A DNA stretch of 64,000 bases, taken from the IMG/VR virus record IMGVR_UViG_3300037258_000514, positions 64,001 to 128,000 of that record; one strand, 5' to 3'. The notes beneath the pieces are model-generated. The model saw nothing but the letters and a program-made list of their open reading frames with translations, did not search any database and had not been told where the DNA came from. Below, piece after piece: positions 28,768-35,994 of the stretch. Numbering within the stretch: position 1 is the stretch's first letter; every line of letters starts with the position of its first letter. The DNA is from a virus. Made by a program: the position numbers and the translations under genes.

Positions 28768-29345
28768 ACAAAAAGTTTAGTAGTTCTTCCTTTTTCCCAT
28801 CCTTCTGATATGAAAAGAAGTATTTTGTTTTGTTTAATTTTAATCTCTTTTCCTTCTTTTCGTATCCAGCAAGTTCCAAACTGCGAGTTCCTCTCTGCAA
28901 TTTTCCTTGCATCAGTTAATGCTTCTTTAGCACGTACTTTGTTTTGCTCTTCTTTGTTATTTAATCTTTGTTGATTAATACTAGAAATGTTTTTTCTACC
29001 ACTAGAAGCTTGTATTTCCTTTGCTTTTTCTAAACCGTGTTTTTCGACCATCTTTTGCCATAAAGATTTATAATTACTACTGCAAATGTAATCAGCAGTA
29101 TTTTCTTTTCTTGTTCCCCAATACAAATGAAAAGGATTACTACACTTTCCATTGTTACATGCATGACATGCTTCTACGTTAATCTTATACGGAAGAGAAG
29201 TGTTTAGTATATAAGATAACGTTCCTCGCATTGCATATGAAACTAATGCAGAATTCCCTCCACGTTCTACGCATTGTTCATCTAATCTTAAATGCTTTTT
29301 CCGTTGTTCTAACGGAAGCAAGATATAGTCCTCAATTCGAATCAT
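28758..29345 (-). CDS. His-Me-finger homing endonuclease, MIxIExYIL family
   Basis: ACHACNNGKCSNPFHLYWGTRKEN; NSQFGTCWI...GWEKGR; stop lies inside tRNA-Leu(CAA). Confidence 0.8.
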   Translation of the reverse strand: MIRIEDYILLPLEQRKKHLRLDEQCVERGGNSALVSYAMRGTLSYILNTSLPYKINVEACHACNNGKCSNPFHLYWGTRKENTADYICSSNYKSLWQKMVEKHGLEKAKEIQASSGRKNISSINQQRLNNKEEQNKVRAKEALTDARKIAERNSQFGTCWIRKEGKEIKIKQNKILLFISEGWEKGRTTKLFVRT

Positions 29346-29352
29346 ATGGCAA

Positions 29353-29382
29353 ATTATAATTTGTAGTTGATTCAAAAATCAA
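29353..29382 (-). promoter_or_regulatory. sigma70-like promoter, leaderless endonuclease mRNA
   Basis: TTGATT-18 nt-TATAAT, ATG 7 nt downstream. Confidence 0.5.
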
Positions 29383-29393
29383 GCAATGAAAAT

Positions 29394-29479
29394 TGGTAGG
29401 CCCTATCGGAGTTGAACCGATACTCCCGAAGGAAACGAGGCTTAAACTCGTTGCGTCTGCCGGATTCCGCCAAAGGCCC
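29394..29479 (-). tRNA. tRNA-Leu(TAA)
   Basis: cloverleaf with V arm, loop TT-TAA-GC, CCA. Confidence 0.9.
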
Positions 29480-29489
29480 GTAAAAGAAT

Positions 29490-29677
29490 TCAGAGAAGAA
29501 GGCTGTCATTAGTGACAGTAAAGAAGATTATCATCAATCTGTTTCTCTACTTAACCTAAGCGCGAAGCGCATCTATCACCTTGATCGGCCTCTCCACGAT
29601 CCTTCGGACTCAGCAATAGAGAACTTGCTACACCTAAATGCAATCCGCGGTGCTTTGCTAGTGTACATCTTCTCTGA
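29490..29677 (-). ncRNA. putative ~190-nt multibranch RNA
   Basis: terminal stem TCAGAGAAGA/TCTTCTCTGA; several inner hairpins including an AGCACCGCGGA loop. Confidence 0.55.
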
Positions 29678-29688
29678 TACTTAAAAAT

Positions 29689-29763
29689 TGGTGGAGGGTA
29701 GGAGAGTCGAACTCCTGATACTTGGTTGCAGGCCAAGTGTGTTCCCGCTAGCACTAACCCCCC
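29689..29763 (-). tRNA. tRNA-Ala(TGC)
   Basis: G3:U70, TGC anticodon, CCA. Confidence 0.9.
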
Positions 29764-29765
29764 AG

Positions 29766-29843
29766 ATACCGCTCGCGTCCGAAACGTTTTGCCTAGGAGA
29801 GTTCCAAACAACAGGCGGTATTCATCCACGGAGCGACCGTGAA
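29766..29843 (-). ncRNA. putative structured spacer RNA
   Basis: ATACCGC/GCGGTAT and TGTTTGGAAC/GTTTCGGACG stems, CCTAGG in the loop. Confidence 0.4.
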
Positions 29844-29848
29844 ACTTA

Positions 29849-30610
29849 CTAATTAATTTTATGGGGCGGCAGATGGGAGTCAGACCCACTAAAAGATGCT
29901 CCACAGGCATCTGCCGCATCGTTTGGCTTCTGCCGCCGTAGCTTGATTTCTCTTCTTTCTAATAATCCGTTAAGAGATCCAAAGTTTGGTGTTAAAGAAT
30001 GACAACTCGGACAAAGTATTTTTACATTACTTCGTCTATTATTTGTTCTATCACCATCTACATGGTGAAACTCTGTTGGGATATTTCCCGTAGTAGGATG
30101 AATTCGCATCCAGCCACATTCTTCACAACTATTTCCGCGAAGTTCTATTAAAGCTCTCTGAGCGAAGTATTCAGTTAGATTATTTTCTCCTGCAAACCAT
30201 CTTTCCTTATCTAACTGCCATTTATGCGCTATCCTACATTTTCCGCTGCAATACTCATTTAAGCCTGTTTTACCACAGAACGTACAAAGCCTTCTTGGAA
30301 TTTTTATTCTTCCGATGTTATTAACTATCCCGGCGCAAGTTTTACTACAATATAATAATCCGTTTGGGCCAACAAAGTTAAAACATTCTGCGCGTTGGCA
30401 CTTTACTCTTTGTTTATTCTTTGTTCTAAGTAAAGCATTTTCTTTGTTAACTTGAACCGCTTTCTCTCGCCCTTTGTTCCAGCGTTCTTTTGCTTCTAAC
30501 GAAAGAACTTCGTGATAGGGTTTGCCTCCGACTTGTATACAGTAAGTTTTGTGCCTATTTAATCCACGAATGTCTTTGCATTCCTTACCACATATACAAT
30601 GAACAATCAT
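29849..30610 (-). CDS. HNH homing endonuclease with zinc-ribbon repeats
   Basis: CEECG...EFHHVDGDRTNNRRSNVKILCPSCHS; YCS..C repeats; frame spans the whole tRNA-His. Confidence 0.85.
   Translation of the reverse strand: MIVHCICGKECKDIRGLNRHKTYCIQVGGKPYHEVLSLEAKERWNKGREKAVQVNKENALLRTKNKQRVKCQRAECFNFVGPNGLLYCSKTCAGIVNNIGRIKIPRRLCTFCGKTGLNEYCSGKCRIAHKWQLDKERWFAGENNLTEYFAQRALIELRGNSCEECGWMRIHPTTGNIPTEFHHVDGDRTNNRRSNVKILCPSCHSLTPNFGSLNGLLERREIKLRRQKPNDAADACGASFSGSDSHLPPHKIN
29862..29937 (-). tRNA. tRNA-His(GTG), atypical D and T loops
   Basis: G-1:C73, loop CT-GTG-GA, T loop TCTGACT, CCA. Confidence 0.8.
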
Positions 30611-30621
30611 ACACTGTTATA

Positions 30622-30653
30622 CCAAGCGCCTAAACCATTCGGCCAACGTCACC
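30622..30653 (-). pseudogene. 5' half of a canonical tRNA-His-like gene, truncated at the anticodon loop
   Basis: G-GTGACGT-TG-GCCGAATGGTTTAGGC-G-CTTGG, then sequence switches to TATAAC and the HNH start. Confidence 0.65.
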
Positions 30654-30867
30654 ATAAAACTTAAACTAATCTTCTCCGCGAATTTTTACGAGAGTCCTTT
30701 TTCTTAATTCAGGTAATGAATCTATCTTCTGAGCAAGGGCAAGAAGTTGGGATTCAATTCTACATGCTTCCCTATAAACTTCTTTCTCTTCAGGATTGTC
30801 TTGATTTGCTGCAAAAACTATCTTTGCAACTTCACGCGATATTGCCTCTGCTAAATTAATCATAACT

Positions 30868-30943
30868 TGGAGCCACCGGTGGGACTCGAACCCACGATTG
30901 ACAGTTTACAAAACTGTTGCTGTCGCCACTGAGCCACGGTGAC
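30868..30943 (-). tRNA. tRNA-Thr(TGT)
   Basis: cloverleaf, loop TT-TGT-AA. Confidence 0.9.
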
Positions 30944-30950
30944 TTAAAAT

Positions 30951-31024
30951 TGGAGCCGCCATCGGGAATCGAACCCGAGTAGATTGCTTACCAAGCAATT
31001 GAACTGCCACTGTTCTATAGCGAC
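30951..31024 (-). tRNA. tRNA-Thr(GGT)
   Basis: cloverleaf, loop TT-GGT-AA. Confidence 0.9.
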
Positions 31025-31064
31025 TTACTTACCACATTACCTTCTCAGCCGTCCTTTAGGAAAA

Positions 31065-31138
31065 TGGAGCCGGCAACAGGAATCGAACCTGTGTAGGTAG
31101 TTTACGAAACTACTGAACTGCCACTGTTCTATACCGAC
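31065..31138 (-). tRNA. tRNA-Thr(CGT)
   Basis: cloverleaf, loop TT-CGT-AA. Confidence 0.9.
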
Positions 31139-31342
31139 GTTTATGTATTACTAGGTCTTACTATCCTGGCGTTGATTCTATCCCTACTAAATCTTTCCAG
31201 GATATCCCAAAATACAGCATCAGGAACTTTCCTGTATTCTGATGTAACCATACCAAGGAAGAAGACCATTTCCGCTTCAGTCCACTCAACCAAACTAGCT
31301 GTTAGTATATGGCAGTCGTAAGTTGTTCTTGGCATAAACTTA

Positions 31343-31533
31343 ATCGCGTCCTACTACTGTCATCGCTCGGCTACGTAGTAAGTAAAGAGGACAAAGCGAT
31401 AAAAGACCCTCACCGCGAAATCTTTACAAGGTTTCTACTCCGTTACAGGTAGCCTACCTCCACGACAGTTGCTATGAGCAAGGTTGAGTTCTCTGTAACT
31501 TAGGCTCAACGGGCGGCTCGGATTTGAACCGAG
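31343..31533 (-). ncRNA. structured non-coding stretch beginning with an orphan T arm
   Basis: CTCGG-TTCAAAT-CCGAG-CCGCCCG at 31533-31510, followed by several hairpins. Confidence 0.4.
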
Positions 31534-31543
31534 AAGTGTAATT

Positions 31544-31620
31544 TGGAGCACGGAACCGGAATCGAACCGGTGTATTGGCAGCTTTGCAGGCTGTCGCCTT
31601 ACCGTCTTGGCTATCCGTGC
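31544..31620 (-). tRNA. tRNA-Cys(GCA)
   Basis: cloverleaf, loop CT-GCA-AA, TCCA. Confidence 0.9.
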
Positions 31621-31726
31621 AAATTGTGCGGCAGAAGTAAACTAAATTACTTCTTCAACACTTTTACCAGTAGTTAATCCGACTGCGGGCGCTTAATAAT
31701 AACCCAATCATTGAGCCGCAAACTTC

Positions 31727-31778
31727 CGGGGTCTATCCTACTGCTGTCCTAGGTTCTCAGCGATTCGGTAAGACCCCG
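31727..31778 (-). ncRNA. small structured RNA with AGAACCTAGGA loop
   Basis: CGGGGTCT/AGACCCCG terminal stem, GCTG/CAGC inner stem. Confidence 0.5.
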
Positions 31779-31795
31779 TTTTTGTGTAATATCTA

Positions 31796-31895
31796 TTGTC
31801 GGGAACAAGCGCTAACAGTTAGCGGTATCGAAACCGCAATTGGCTTACGAGGCCAATTTTTATCCAAGAAGTAGCTGTTAACTACGCCACGACAA
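31796..31895 (-). ncRNA. Yrl-like Y RNA copy 1 (inside the tRNA array)
   Basis: TTGTC-GTGGCG...CTACTTC...CGCTTGTTCCC-GACAA scaffold. Confidence 0.75.
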
Positions 31896-31901
31896 AGAAA
31901 A

Positions 31902-31976
31902 TGGAGCGGGTAAAGGAACTCGAATCCTTGTGTCTTGGGTGGAAACCAAGCATACTAGCCGCTGTATGATACCCGC
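31902..31976 (-). tRNA. tRNA-Gly(TCC)
   Basis: cloverleaf, loop TT-TCC-AC, TCCA. Confidence 0.9.
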
Positions 31977-32033
31977 TTAAAATTTTATTTTCCTTCCCAT
32001 CAACCATCCTATTAACCAACCCCGCCTTAAAAC

Positions 32034-32255
32034 TTATCGCAAGAAGCTTGTAGGACTCATTGCTGCATACTTTAGCAAGAATGAAAGCAATCCTACCCAA
32101 AACATGTGCAAGCCAATTACATTGCATTTCATGTTAAGATCTGATGGTGGAGGTGTTGTTGGTCTGGCTGTGATTAAAAACATTACCAAACCAAGTAAAC
32201 ACACTAAAAGTGAAAGATAAATTTGCATTGTTGATCTCCTTTTATATTCGTCCAA
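32034..32255 (-). CDS. small membrane protein
   Basis: two hydrophobic helices; likely start MQIYL after AAGGAG. Confidence 0.55.
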   Translation of the reverse strand: MDEYKRRSTMQIYLSLLVCLLGLVMFLITARPTTPPPSDLNMKCNVIGLHMFWVGLLSFLLKYAAMSPTSFLR

Positions 32256-32394
32256 GCAAGAATAAGATCAGAACAATAATAAAAATTGTTCCTAATAGTC
32301 CTGATGGAGCGTAACCCCAGTTTTGACTGTGAGGCCATGATGGGAAAGCGCCAACGAGCAGTAAGATTAAAACGATTAGCAAGATTAAGCCCAT
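32242..32394 (-). CDS. DUF3309-family small membrane protein
   Basis: MGLILLIVLILLLVGAFPSWPHSQNWGYAPSGLLG...LLGRI (50 aa, below the ORF-track cutoff). Confidence 0.85.
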   Translation of the reverse strand: MGLILLIVLILLLVGAFPSWPHSQNWGYAPSGLLGTIFIIVLILFLLGRI

Positions 32395-32507
32395 AGTTGT
32401 CACCTCGCTTGATCGTAATATAAACCTAAGCCAGAAATCTGTTCAGTTTTATACACTTCGTACTCTTTGATGCTGTTTGGGAGAAAAACGTTTGATACAA
32501 AATTAAA

Positions 32508-32582
32508 TGGCAGGGGATCCGAGACTCGAACTCGGGTAAACGGTTTTGGAGACCGACGTAATGGCCGCTATACGAATCCCCT
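32508..32582 (-). tRNA. tRNA-Trp(CCA)
   Basis: cloverleaf, loop CT-CCA-AA, GCCA. Confidence 0.9.
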
Positions 32583-32587
32583 AAATT

Positions 32588-32719
32588 TATTCTGAGAGGC
32601 GCCAAAGCCTTGTCCGTTGTAGAATGCTCGTAACGACTAGGGGTTGCGCAGTCCCGTTCCGATAGTTTATACTGACACATTCTTGGTCAACCACTCGCCA
32701 CCTACCACCTCTCAGAATA
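32588..32719 (-). ncRNA. putative rod-like structured RNA
   Basis: TATTCTGAGAGG/CCTCTCAGAATA terminal stem; AGAATG/CATTCT inner stem; fills the Asp-Trp spacer. Confidence 0.55.
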
Positions 32720-32720
32720 T

Positions 32721-32797
32721 TGGCGGGCCGTACGGGATTCGAACCCGTGAATGTACGGTAGACAGCCGTATAGCTTAGACCGCTTGCCTAACGACCC
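32721..32797 (-). tRNA. tRNA-Asp(GTC)
   Basis: cloverleaf, loop CT-GTC-TA, GCCA. Confidence 0.85.
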
Positions 32798-32826
32798 CAA
32801 TATTACTCTATTCAGTTGTCAAAGAA

Positions 32827-33486
32827 TTACAACACCGCCGCCTGAACGGCTTGATGAGAATGCGTCTCTTTCTCATCGTTGAACTTTCGGCACTTACTAC
32901 ACCAAATTAGTTTATACCCAAATTTATAAAGACGATTTCCTACTGCAACGGCACTAACGCCCAACTTTTCTCCTACATATGTGTAGGAAGAATTCTTAAC
33001 CATTGTTACAAGCTCGTTAATCTCAGGCCATTCAATCTTCGTTCTTAACCGTAAACGAGCATGAATCTTATTATAAACGCCTTCAGTATGAAGCCTTTTA
33101 GTACGTAACGAAGCCTCTTGACGCGCTTTAACACTAGTAATTCTACACTTTCTCAACTGCATTGCTTTTTCTTCGCCATATTTAGCTATTGTATATAACC
33201 AAATATTTTTCTTTCCATTTGCTATAGCATCTGCAGTATTTTCTGCTGCAGTACCCCAATACAGATGATAAGGATTACTGCACTTCTCATTGTGACAGGC
33301 ATGACAGCAATGAATTTTTACTTCAAAAGGGATTGTAGTATCAACTATATATGCTAGTAGACCTCTACATTCACCTGAACTGCCTTCCTTTGGATTTCCT
33401 CCTCTTTCTACGCAAGGTGAGTCAAGTTTTAAATGAGATTGCCTTTCTTTCTTTGGACGTAGAATATATTCTTCTATATTAATCAT
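32827..33486 (-). CDS. His-Me-finger homing endonuclease, MIxIExYIL family, HTH-like C terminus
   Basis: CCHACHNEKCSNPYHLYWGTAAEN; KIEWP...SY..VG.KLGVS..AV. Confidence 0.8.
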   Translation of the reverse strand: MINIEEYILRPKKERQSHLKLDSPCVERGGNPKEGSSGECRGLLAYIVDTTIPFEVKIHCCHACHNEKCSNPYHLYWGTAAENTADAIANGKKNIWLYTIAKYGEEKAMQLRKCRITSVKARQEASLRTKRLHTEGVYNKIHARLRLRTKIEWPEINELVTMVKNSSYTYVGEKLGVSAVAVGNRLYKFGYKLIWCSKCRKFNDEKETHSHQAVQAAVL

Positions 33487-33520
33487 AAATACTTCAAGCC
33501 CCTGAGGGCGTCACAAACTT

Positions 33521-33597
33521 TGGCTGGCCACCCAGGATTCGAACCTGGAATCTTCGCGTTCAGAGCGCGCTGCGTTCGCCGGTTGCGCCAGTGGCCA
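33521..33597 (-). tRNA. tRNA-Gln(CTG)
   Basis: cloverleaf, loop CT-CTG-AA, GCCA. Confidence 0.9.
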
Positions 33598-33811
33598 ATT
33601 TACTAAACAAAATCTACTACGTTGTTATTTATACCGCCCTGCGGCGGTGCTGGATTCGTCTGTTCAACATTTGTATTCACAGGATTATCAACTCCCGGTA
33701 CAGGAAGTCCGTAAGGATTAATGTACGAAGTTCCTGTGTTTTGGTAGTACCATCCGAAGTTATTAAATCCCGGTGATGACATTAACGTCTCCTAAATGGC
33801 AGTTCTAATTT

Positions 33812-33887
33812 TGGTAGCCCGAGCAGGACTCGAACCTGCGCTATTCTGCTCCAAAGGCAGACGTCTTGGCCGCTAAACGATCGGGCT
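33812..33887 (-). tRNA. tRNA-Gln(TTG)
   Basis: cloverleaf, loop CT-TTG-GA, ACCA. Confidence 0.85.
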
Positions 33888-34505
33888 ATTAACTTTCTCT
33901 AACTTCTTTCCGGCATACATTCGTTGAATTTTTCCCAACTTCCAACCCTGTATTGTTGCTAGTGCTATAAGATTCTTTTCGATTCTAATATTCTTGTCTT
34001 CTTTGTTCATCCAAACTGTATCCGTAGCTTGGTTTCTACTTCCAACGCAAAGCTTACGTCCATTTGAAATCTTTGCTTTTAGTTCAGATGAAACTATGAA
34101 ACTAGGATGAAAACCTTCACGTCCTTCTTTCCAACCAAGAGTAACAAAAAGTTCTTTGTCATAAAGACAAATTAATCGTGTTAAGCCGTTGTAAGACATC
34201 CAAACTTTATCGGCTGTATTGCGTTTATCTCCGAAATTATTTGTGTATCCGTTTTCTACAGCATCAACACGATTATCTGTCGGTGTTCCCCAGTATAGAT
34301 GAACTTTGTTACTACATTTTTCATTGTGACACGCGTGACATAAGTAAATTTTATATCCCTTTGGGATAGAAGTGTTTAAGTAGTCAGCTAACATGCCTTT
34401 AAACTCAACTGAAAATCCCCCGCGTTCAATGCAGGGATCGTGCAATTTTAAATGAGAGCGTCTTTGCTCTCTTGACAACAAAATGTACTCTTCTATTTTT
34501 ATCAT
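33873..34505 (-). CDS. His-Me-finger homing endonuclease, MIxIExYIL family
   Basis: LCHACHNEKCSNKVHLYWGTPTDN; two W...GWK.G modules; stop lies inside tRNA-Gln(TTG). Confidence 0.8.
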   Translation of the reverse strand: MIKIEEYILLSREQRRSHLKLHDPCIERGGFSVEFKGMLADYLNTSIPKGYKIYLCHACHNEKCSNKVHLYWGTPTDNRVDAVENGYTNNFGDKRNTADKVWMSYNGLTRLICLYDKELFVTLGWKEGREGFHPSFIVSSELKAKISNGRKLCVGSRNQATDTVWMNKEDKNIRIEKNLIALATIQGWKLGKIQRMYAGKKLEKVNSPIV

Positions 34506-34694
34506 ACTTCCAATGCTATAGCTTGTCCGCAGCGCATACATAAAACAAAACTTGAATCTACATCAAATCCAGCATTTTGTCTTGCCACACGCGCCTCATT
34601 CCTAAGAATGATATGATCATCACCGCTTCTTGTGCAAACTCGCTCTGTTGTTATCTCTGCTTTGTGTCCAAGTACATTAATTGTCGGCATAAAC

Positions 34695-34769
34695 TGGTGG
34701 GGCTAACGGGAATCGAACCCGTATTTAAGCTGTGAAAGAGCTTTTACCTGACCGTTAGTAGATAGCCCC
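34695..34769 (-). tRNA. tRNA-Glu(TTC)
   Basis: cloverleaf, loop CT-TTC-AC, CCA. Confidence 0.9.
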
Positions 34770-34970
34770 TAAAAATCTTTACAACTTGAAATTGTGTTTT
34801 GAGTAGTTCTACAGCTCTTTTGTTTTTTGGCTTGTAAGCCACGCCGTCTGTGTATGAGCGTTATTCCCGTCAATCACCTGACAGCTCGGAGACGATGGGG
34901 TTGGTCTAAAACCGCGTTCACGTAAATATCGCGATATGACCATAACGGTCTCCCTTTGATTAGCTATTAA

Positions 34971-35000
34971 AGCCTATAATAATAGGCTAATTAATGTCAA
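34971..35000 (-). promoter_or_regulatory. sigma70-like promoter at the head of the tRNA array
   Basis: AAAGAAATGC-TTGACA-18 nt-TAGGCT; same upstream context as the promoter at 61927. Confidence 0.55.
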
Positions 35001-35019
35001 GCATTTCTTTTAAAAAATT

Positions 35020-35180
35020 TTATGTGTAGGCTTCAAACGTATCCGGTCCTAGGTGCTCCGAATAGTTTCCTTCTGATGAGAACTTCTTCGTATTACTTTA
35101 TTGGTAACACGGGCCACAGCTAACTCCCGTCTCATCCTCCCGTGGACAGACATCCCGTCTCTCGATGCCACTACACATAA
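35020..35180 (-). ncRNA. putative ~160-nt multibranch RNA with AGCACCTAGGA loop
   Basis: TTATGTGTAG/CTACACATAA terminal stem; TATTCGG/CCGGATA hairpin. Confidence 0.55.
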
Positions 35181-35182
35181 CT

Positions 35183-35845
35183 TTATGTCCACATTAACTT
35201 CATCTTGCCAACAGTCTCAGAAAAGGCTCCTGCCTTCTGTGTTAAGTCTAACTGCATTTGTACGATTACTTGATTATAATCGGTCCAGTTGGATTTAACT
35301 GCTGGTACATTCTGTAAACTAACAGGTACAAGATAAAGATCAGCATCTATTGCTACTGCCGTTGTAGAACTAATCTTCTTAACAAAATCAAATGTATGAA
35401 AAATTTGGATTTTGTGGGCGATATTCGGCATTAGCTTGCTTGCGATAGAAGCGAAGTTTACCCAACTTCCATCAGCTTTAGCAATCTGTAGAGTTAACGC
35501 AGCGGCGTTAATCTGAAAGCTTCGATTATACTTATATGCAGAACCGTCAGTTTCTTTTGCGCCTGTGAGAATTAAATCACTCTCTTCAGCCTGCGCGTCC
35601 GTTAAACTCGACGCACTTAATTCCATTTCGAAGCTGTGGCAAACTGCATGACTACCAGTAGGAATTGGCCGAGCCAGATACCACTCTGCTCCAGCATATT
35701 TCCCGGGCGTAACGCTACCAGATACGCTGAACACTGCGTAATCTAGTACAGGTTCCATTGCATATTCTTGCGGTACTCCATCACTTACGGAACCGCCAGC
35801 TTGTGCTTTCCATGCAGGGTAAAGAGGAACCCAATCTATTATCAT
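35183..35845 (-). CDS. hypothetical beta-rich protein
   Basis: likely start MIIDWVP after GGAGG; the ORF-track extension lies in a structured RNA. Confidence 0.6.
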   Translation of the reverse strand: MIIDWVPLYPAWKAQAGGSVSDGVPQEYAMEPVLDYAVFSVSGSVTPGKYAGAEWYLARPIPTGSHAVCHSFEMELSASSLTDAQAEESDLILTGAKETDGSAYKYNRSFQINAAALTLQIAKADGSWVNFASIASKLMPNIAHKIQIFHTFDFVKKISSTTAVAIDADLYLVPVSLQNVPAVKSNWTDYNQVIVQMQLDLTQKAGAFSETVGKMKLMWT

Positions 35846-35866
35846 ATATTCCCCTCCATAAAAATA

Positions 35867-35990
35867 CTCAGGTGTGAGTCGATCAATTTCTTGATCGGCT
35901 TGGGCGGGTATTGTGGGAGAATGCAACCGTTCCTCCCACAATTTTTATGGCTTCCCAGCTAGCCTTGCATTTAGCTATCTCACACCCGAA
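35867..35990 (-). ncRNA. putative multibranch RNA immediately downstream of Ro60
   Basis: TTCGGGTGTGAG/CTCACACCTGAG terminal stem; TTGTGGGAG/CTCCCACAA and CGATCAA/TTGATCG inner stems. Confidence 0.55.
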
Positions 35991-35994
35991 CTTG

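Noticed and set aside
29490-29677. RNase P RNA or 6S RNA
   Set aside because: No GAGGAAAGUCC / AAACCCGGC P4 motifs, and the multibranch shape does not match the 6S rod; left as unknown RNA.
23051-34505. Group I introns inside tRNA genes
   Set aside because: The tRNAs are contiguous, no split exons rejoin across the endonucleases, and no P7 core was recognised.
22642-35057. CsrA/RsmA sponge sites (GGA loops)
   Set aside because: Loops read UAGGA or GCGGA rather than ANGGA and are larger than typical CsrA loops; unlikely but not excluded.
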